A stretch of DNA of 60,961 nucleotides, counting the filler, from Globobulimina sp. (lineage: Eukaryota): NCBI GenBank assembly GCA_003354225.1. It is 14 parts of 14 records of this genome, joined end to end, with 100 filler letters (N's around TTAATTAATTAA, not from the genome) between each part and the next. Parts side by side here need not be neighbours in the genome. Positions count along the whole stretch, not along the records: positions 56,705 to 60,961 come from PIVH01001413.1; 13 more parts are not named here. One strand, 5' to 3'. Shown one piece after another: positions 58,983 through 60,961 of this stretch. Positions within the stretch are counted from its first letter, which is position 1, and every line of letters starts with the position of its first letter. Position numbers and translations under genes: made by a program. The notes beneath the pieces are model-generated. The model saw only the letters and a program-made list of their open reading frames with translations, made no database searches and was not told the DNA's origin.

Positions 58983-60458
58983 TTAATGATATGAACAACT
59001 CGCTTCATTATTATTATTATTATTTGTTAGTTCTACTTTTTCATTTTTTATTTCTATTTCCTTACTTGTAAATTTTTTAGAAATCATATTAAAATCATTT
59101 TGTTGATGTAAACCATATTTTTCATTTAATTTTATTTGAGGAACCATACAACTATAATTAGCACTTATAATTCTAAATTCTCTATTACAATAATCTAATA
59201 TTTTTAAATAATCATTATATTGATTATTAATTATATCTACTACATCAGTTTTAGAAAGTTCTTTTAAATTTGCATTAACTAAAAATGCAAATGACTCAAT
59301 ACCTACAACACTTAGTAATTCAAATAAATTTAAGAGTTCTACTAATTTTTTACGTGTTCCATCATTTCTAACCAATGTAGTAGCTAATTGTTCTCGAGTT
59401 TTCTCACCCATAATATATTCAATTCTCAATTGTTCATTATTATTTAAATTTTGGATTCTTTGTCTTGTATGAACTAAATCAACATTTGTAATATGTCCTA
59501 CAAATCTATGCCAGTCTGTTACCTTTTTAGTTAAATTTTCTACTAGACCCTTTTGGCCACTTTCGCGTAAGGAAGGAATAATAAATATTATATGCATTCT
59601 AAGACTTTGATATGAACATAGTCCTCCACATAAAATATCTCCAGGTGCTCTTGGAATATTACCATTATTTATTTGTCTTTGTCTCTCATAAAAATGAGGA
59701 TTATGAACATGCACATTTGTTAAAATTGATCCAGTATTCCAACTAAATGTTACTTCACATTCTGTACACCACATTTGATCACATCCAGAAATTTTAAAAA
59801 TTCTAATTCCACAATTTGGACAAGGTTTTGTATCTTTTTTAATTAATTCTGCACTTTGAACACTATTAGGATTACATTGGTGTGGATCAGTTTTATTATG
59901 TCCAATTATTTCATGACAAGTCGGACAAGTAAATAATTTACAAATTTCACATTTATATTGTTGAGATAAAAATCCTCTACATCCCTCATGAGGACAAGGC
60001 ATAATAAATTTCTTCCTTTCTGTATTCGATACACCATTTCTTATACTATTAATCTTTCTATATTTTTCACTTTTTGCTATTTTTAACTGTGTTAACTGCT
60101 TATTCAGTTCTTTTATTTTATTATCTATTTCTTTAATTACTAATTCTTCCTCTTTTATTAGTTTATAATTTTCTGCTGCTTGCATTGTTCCTGGTAATTT
60201 ACTAATTTCACTATCCAATAAAAACTGCTTTCTTGTTTTTTTATATTCTGTATCAAAGAATGATTTATTTGTTTGACAAATTATAAATCTCTCATTCCAA
60301 CCTTGTTTACAATTCATACAATGAGCTTCTTTCTGCGATAGTAAATATTGGCGAACACAACTTTTACAAACTAGAAAATTACAACTACTATTTGGACATA
60401 TAATTTGTTTTCTATTACTCTTATTAAATGTGTCACAGCACACAAAACAAGAAGTCAT
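58983..60458 (-). CDS. RING/IBR (RBR-like) E3 ubiquitin ligase
   Basis: N-terminal RING (CFVC..CP..C..CKSC..CMNC), CPHEGCRGFL, KPCPNCG.RIFKISGCDQMWCTEC and HNPH. Confidence 0.85.
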   Translation of the reverse strand: MTSCFVCCDTFNKSNRKQIICPNSSCNFLVCKSCVRQYLLSQKEAHCMNCKQGWNERFIICQTNKSFFDTEYKKTRKQFLLDSEISKLPGTMQAAENYKLIKEEELVIKEIDNKIKELNKQLTQLKIAKSEKYRKINSIRNGVSNTERKKFIMPCPHEGCRGFLSQQYKCEICKLFTCPTCHEIIGHNKTDPHQCNPNSVQSAELIKKDTKPCPNCGIRIFKISGCDQMWCTECEVTFSWNTGSILTNVHVHNPHFYERQRQINNGNIPRAPGDILCGGLCSYQSLRMHIIFIIPSLRESGQKGLVENLTKKVTDWHRFVGHITNVDLVHTRQRIQNLNNNEQLRIEYIMGEKTREQLATTLVRNDGTRKKLVELLNLFELLSVVGIESFAFLVNANLKELSKTDVVDIINNQYNDYLKILDYCNREFRIISANYSCMVPQIKLNEKYGLHQQNDFNMISKKFTSKEIEIKNEKVELTNNNNNNEASCSYH

Positions 60459-60494
60459 ATTCTATTTATTTGCAATACATTATTTTTTTTAATT

Positions 60495-60502
60495 TCAATT
60501 TT
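60495..60502 (-). promoter_or_regulatory. AAAATTGA early promoter motif
   Basis: About 37 nt upstream of the RBR ATG. Confidence 0.7.
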
Positions 60503-60532
60503 AATATTTAAAAAAAAAAATAATATATATAC

Positions 60533-60961
60533 ATGTCTACTAATTTTGATATAAAAAATCTCTCATTTAATCCTAGAGATCTATCTAGAGATGAATTATT
60601 AACATTTTTAAAATTACCTAATAATGCAACAGAAAATGATATCATTACAAAAATTCAATATTTATTAGATGGACAAAATGATCCTAGTATCAAAAATTTT
60701 TTATATTTAGTATTATCTTTATTAACACAAGAACCACAAGTCATGGGAAACCAAGTATTTCAAGAAGAATATCTTGGAAATAATCCTCAAAATAGTACTG
60801 TATTAGGACCTAATATTACACAAATTCAAACTGATAATCCTTCTGAATTTACTTATAATGTTCAAGTTGAACAAGGAGAAAAAAATCCAAGATATATTGA
60901 AAAATATGTTTCATATTTAATAATTAATAGTGCAATGCGACCTAATCCTATTACTACTGCT
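60533..60961 (+). CDS. Viral hypothetical protein, possibly a virion/minor capsid family member, runs off the window end
   Basis: ORF open to the window end (not in the ORF track): MSTNFDIKNLSFNPRDLSRDELLTFLKL...GEKNPRY...LIINSAMRPNP. Confidence 0.55.
   Translation, partial: MSTNFDIKNLSFNPRDLSRDELLTFLKLPNNATENDIITKIQYLLDGQNDPSIKNFLYLVLSLLTQEPQVMGNQVFQEEYLGNNPQNSTVLGPNITQIQTDNPSEFTYNVQVEQGEKNPRYIEKYVSYLIINSAMRPNPITTA

Larger units (their letters stand above)
56705..60961. other. Giant virus (Nucleocytoviricota, Imitervirales-like) contig
   Basis: Very AT-rich and intronless, with AAAATTGA upstream of four ORFs, AT hairpins at gene ends, a tRNA pair and an RBR-like E3. Confidence 0.8.

Noticed and set aside
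1..60961. Alternative genetic code
   Set aside because: Long genes translate cleanly with the standard code, and the interruptions I resolved coincide with introns.

Overview
This is not one locus. It is 14 unlinked contigs of 4,269 down to 4,257 bp, sorted by decreasing length and joined by 100-nt artificial linkers (Ns around TTAATTAATTAA), so adjacency across a linker means nothing. Ten contigs look like an AT-rich, gene-dense eukaryote with short spliceosomal introns. A divergent beta-2-type tubulin points to a foraminiferan/Retarian. These contigs carry a plant-like PLS-E PPR protein, a VPS13-like protein, a Deltex-like E3 ligase, a VLIG-like GTPase, a P2X receptor, a cAR-like GPCR, a sugar porter, TAF7, SPO11, cathepsin X, an importin-alpha-like protein, TMEM144, a CDIN1-like nuclease, UTP18, two 2OG-Fe(II) oxygenases and a SAM-TRP channel. 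One contig is a Ty3/Gypsy pol and one carries a MULE-type transposase plus orphan ORFs. One (13106-17371) is phage-like, with an EF-Ts N-domain mimic and a sigma54 promoter next to tandem palindromes. One (56705-60961) looks like an Imitervirales giant virus, with AAAATTGA promoters, two tRNAs, an HNH endonuclease, an RS-rich protein and an RBR-like E3. All calls come from motif recognition by eye, and no database searches were run.
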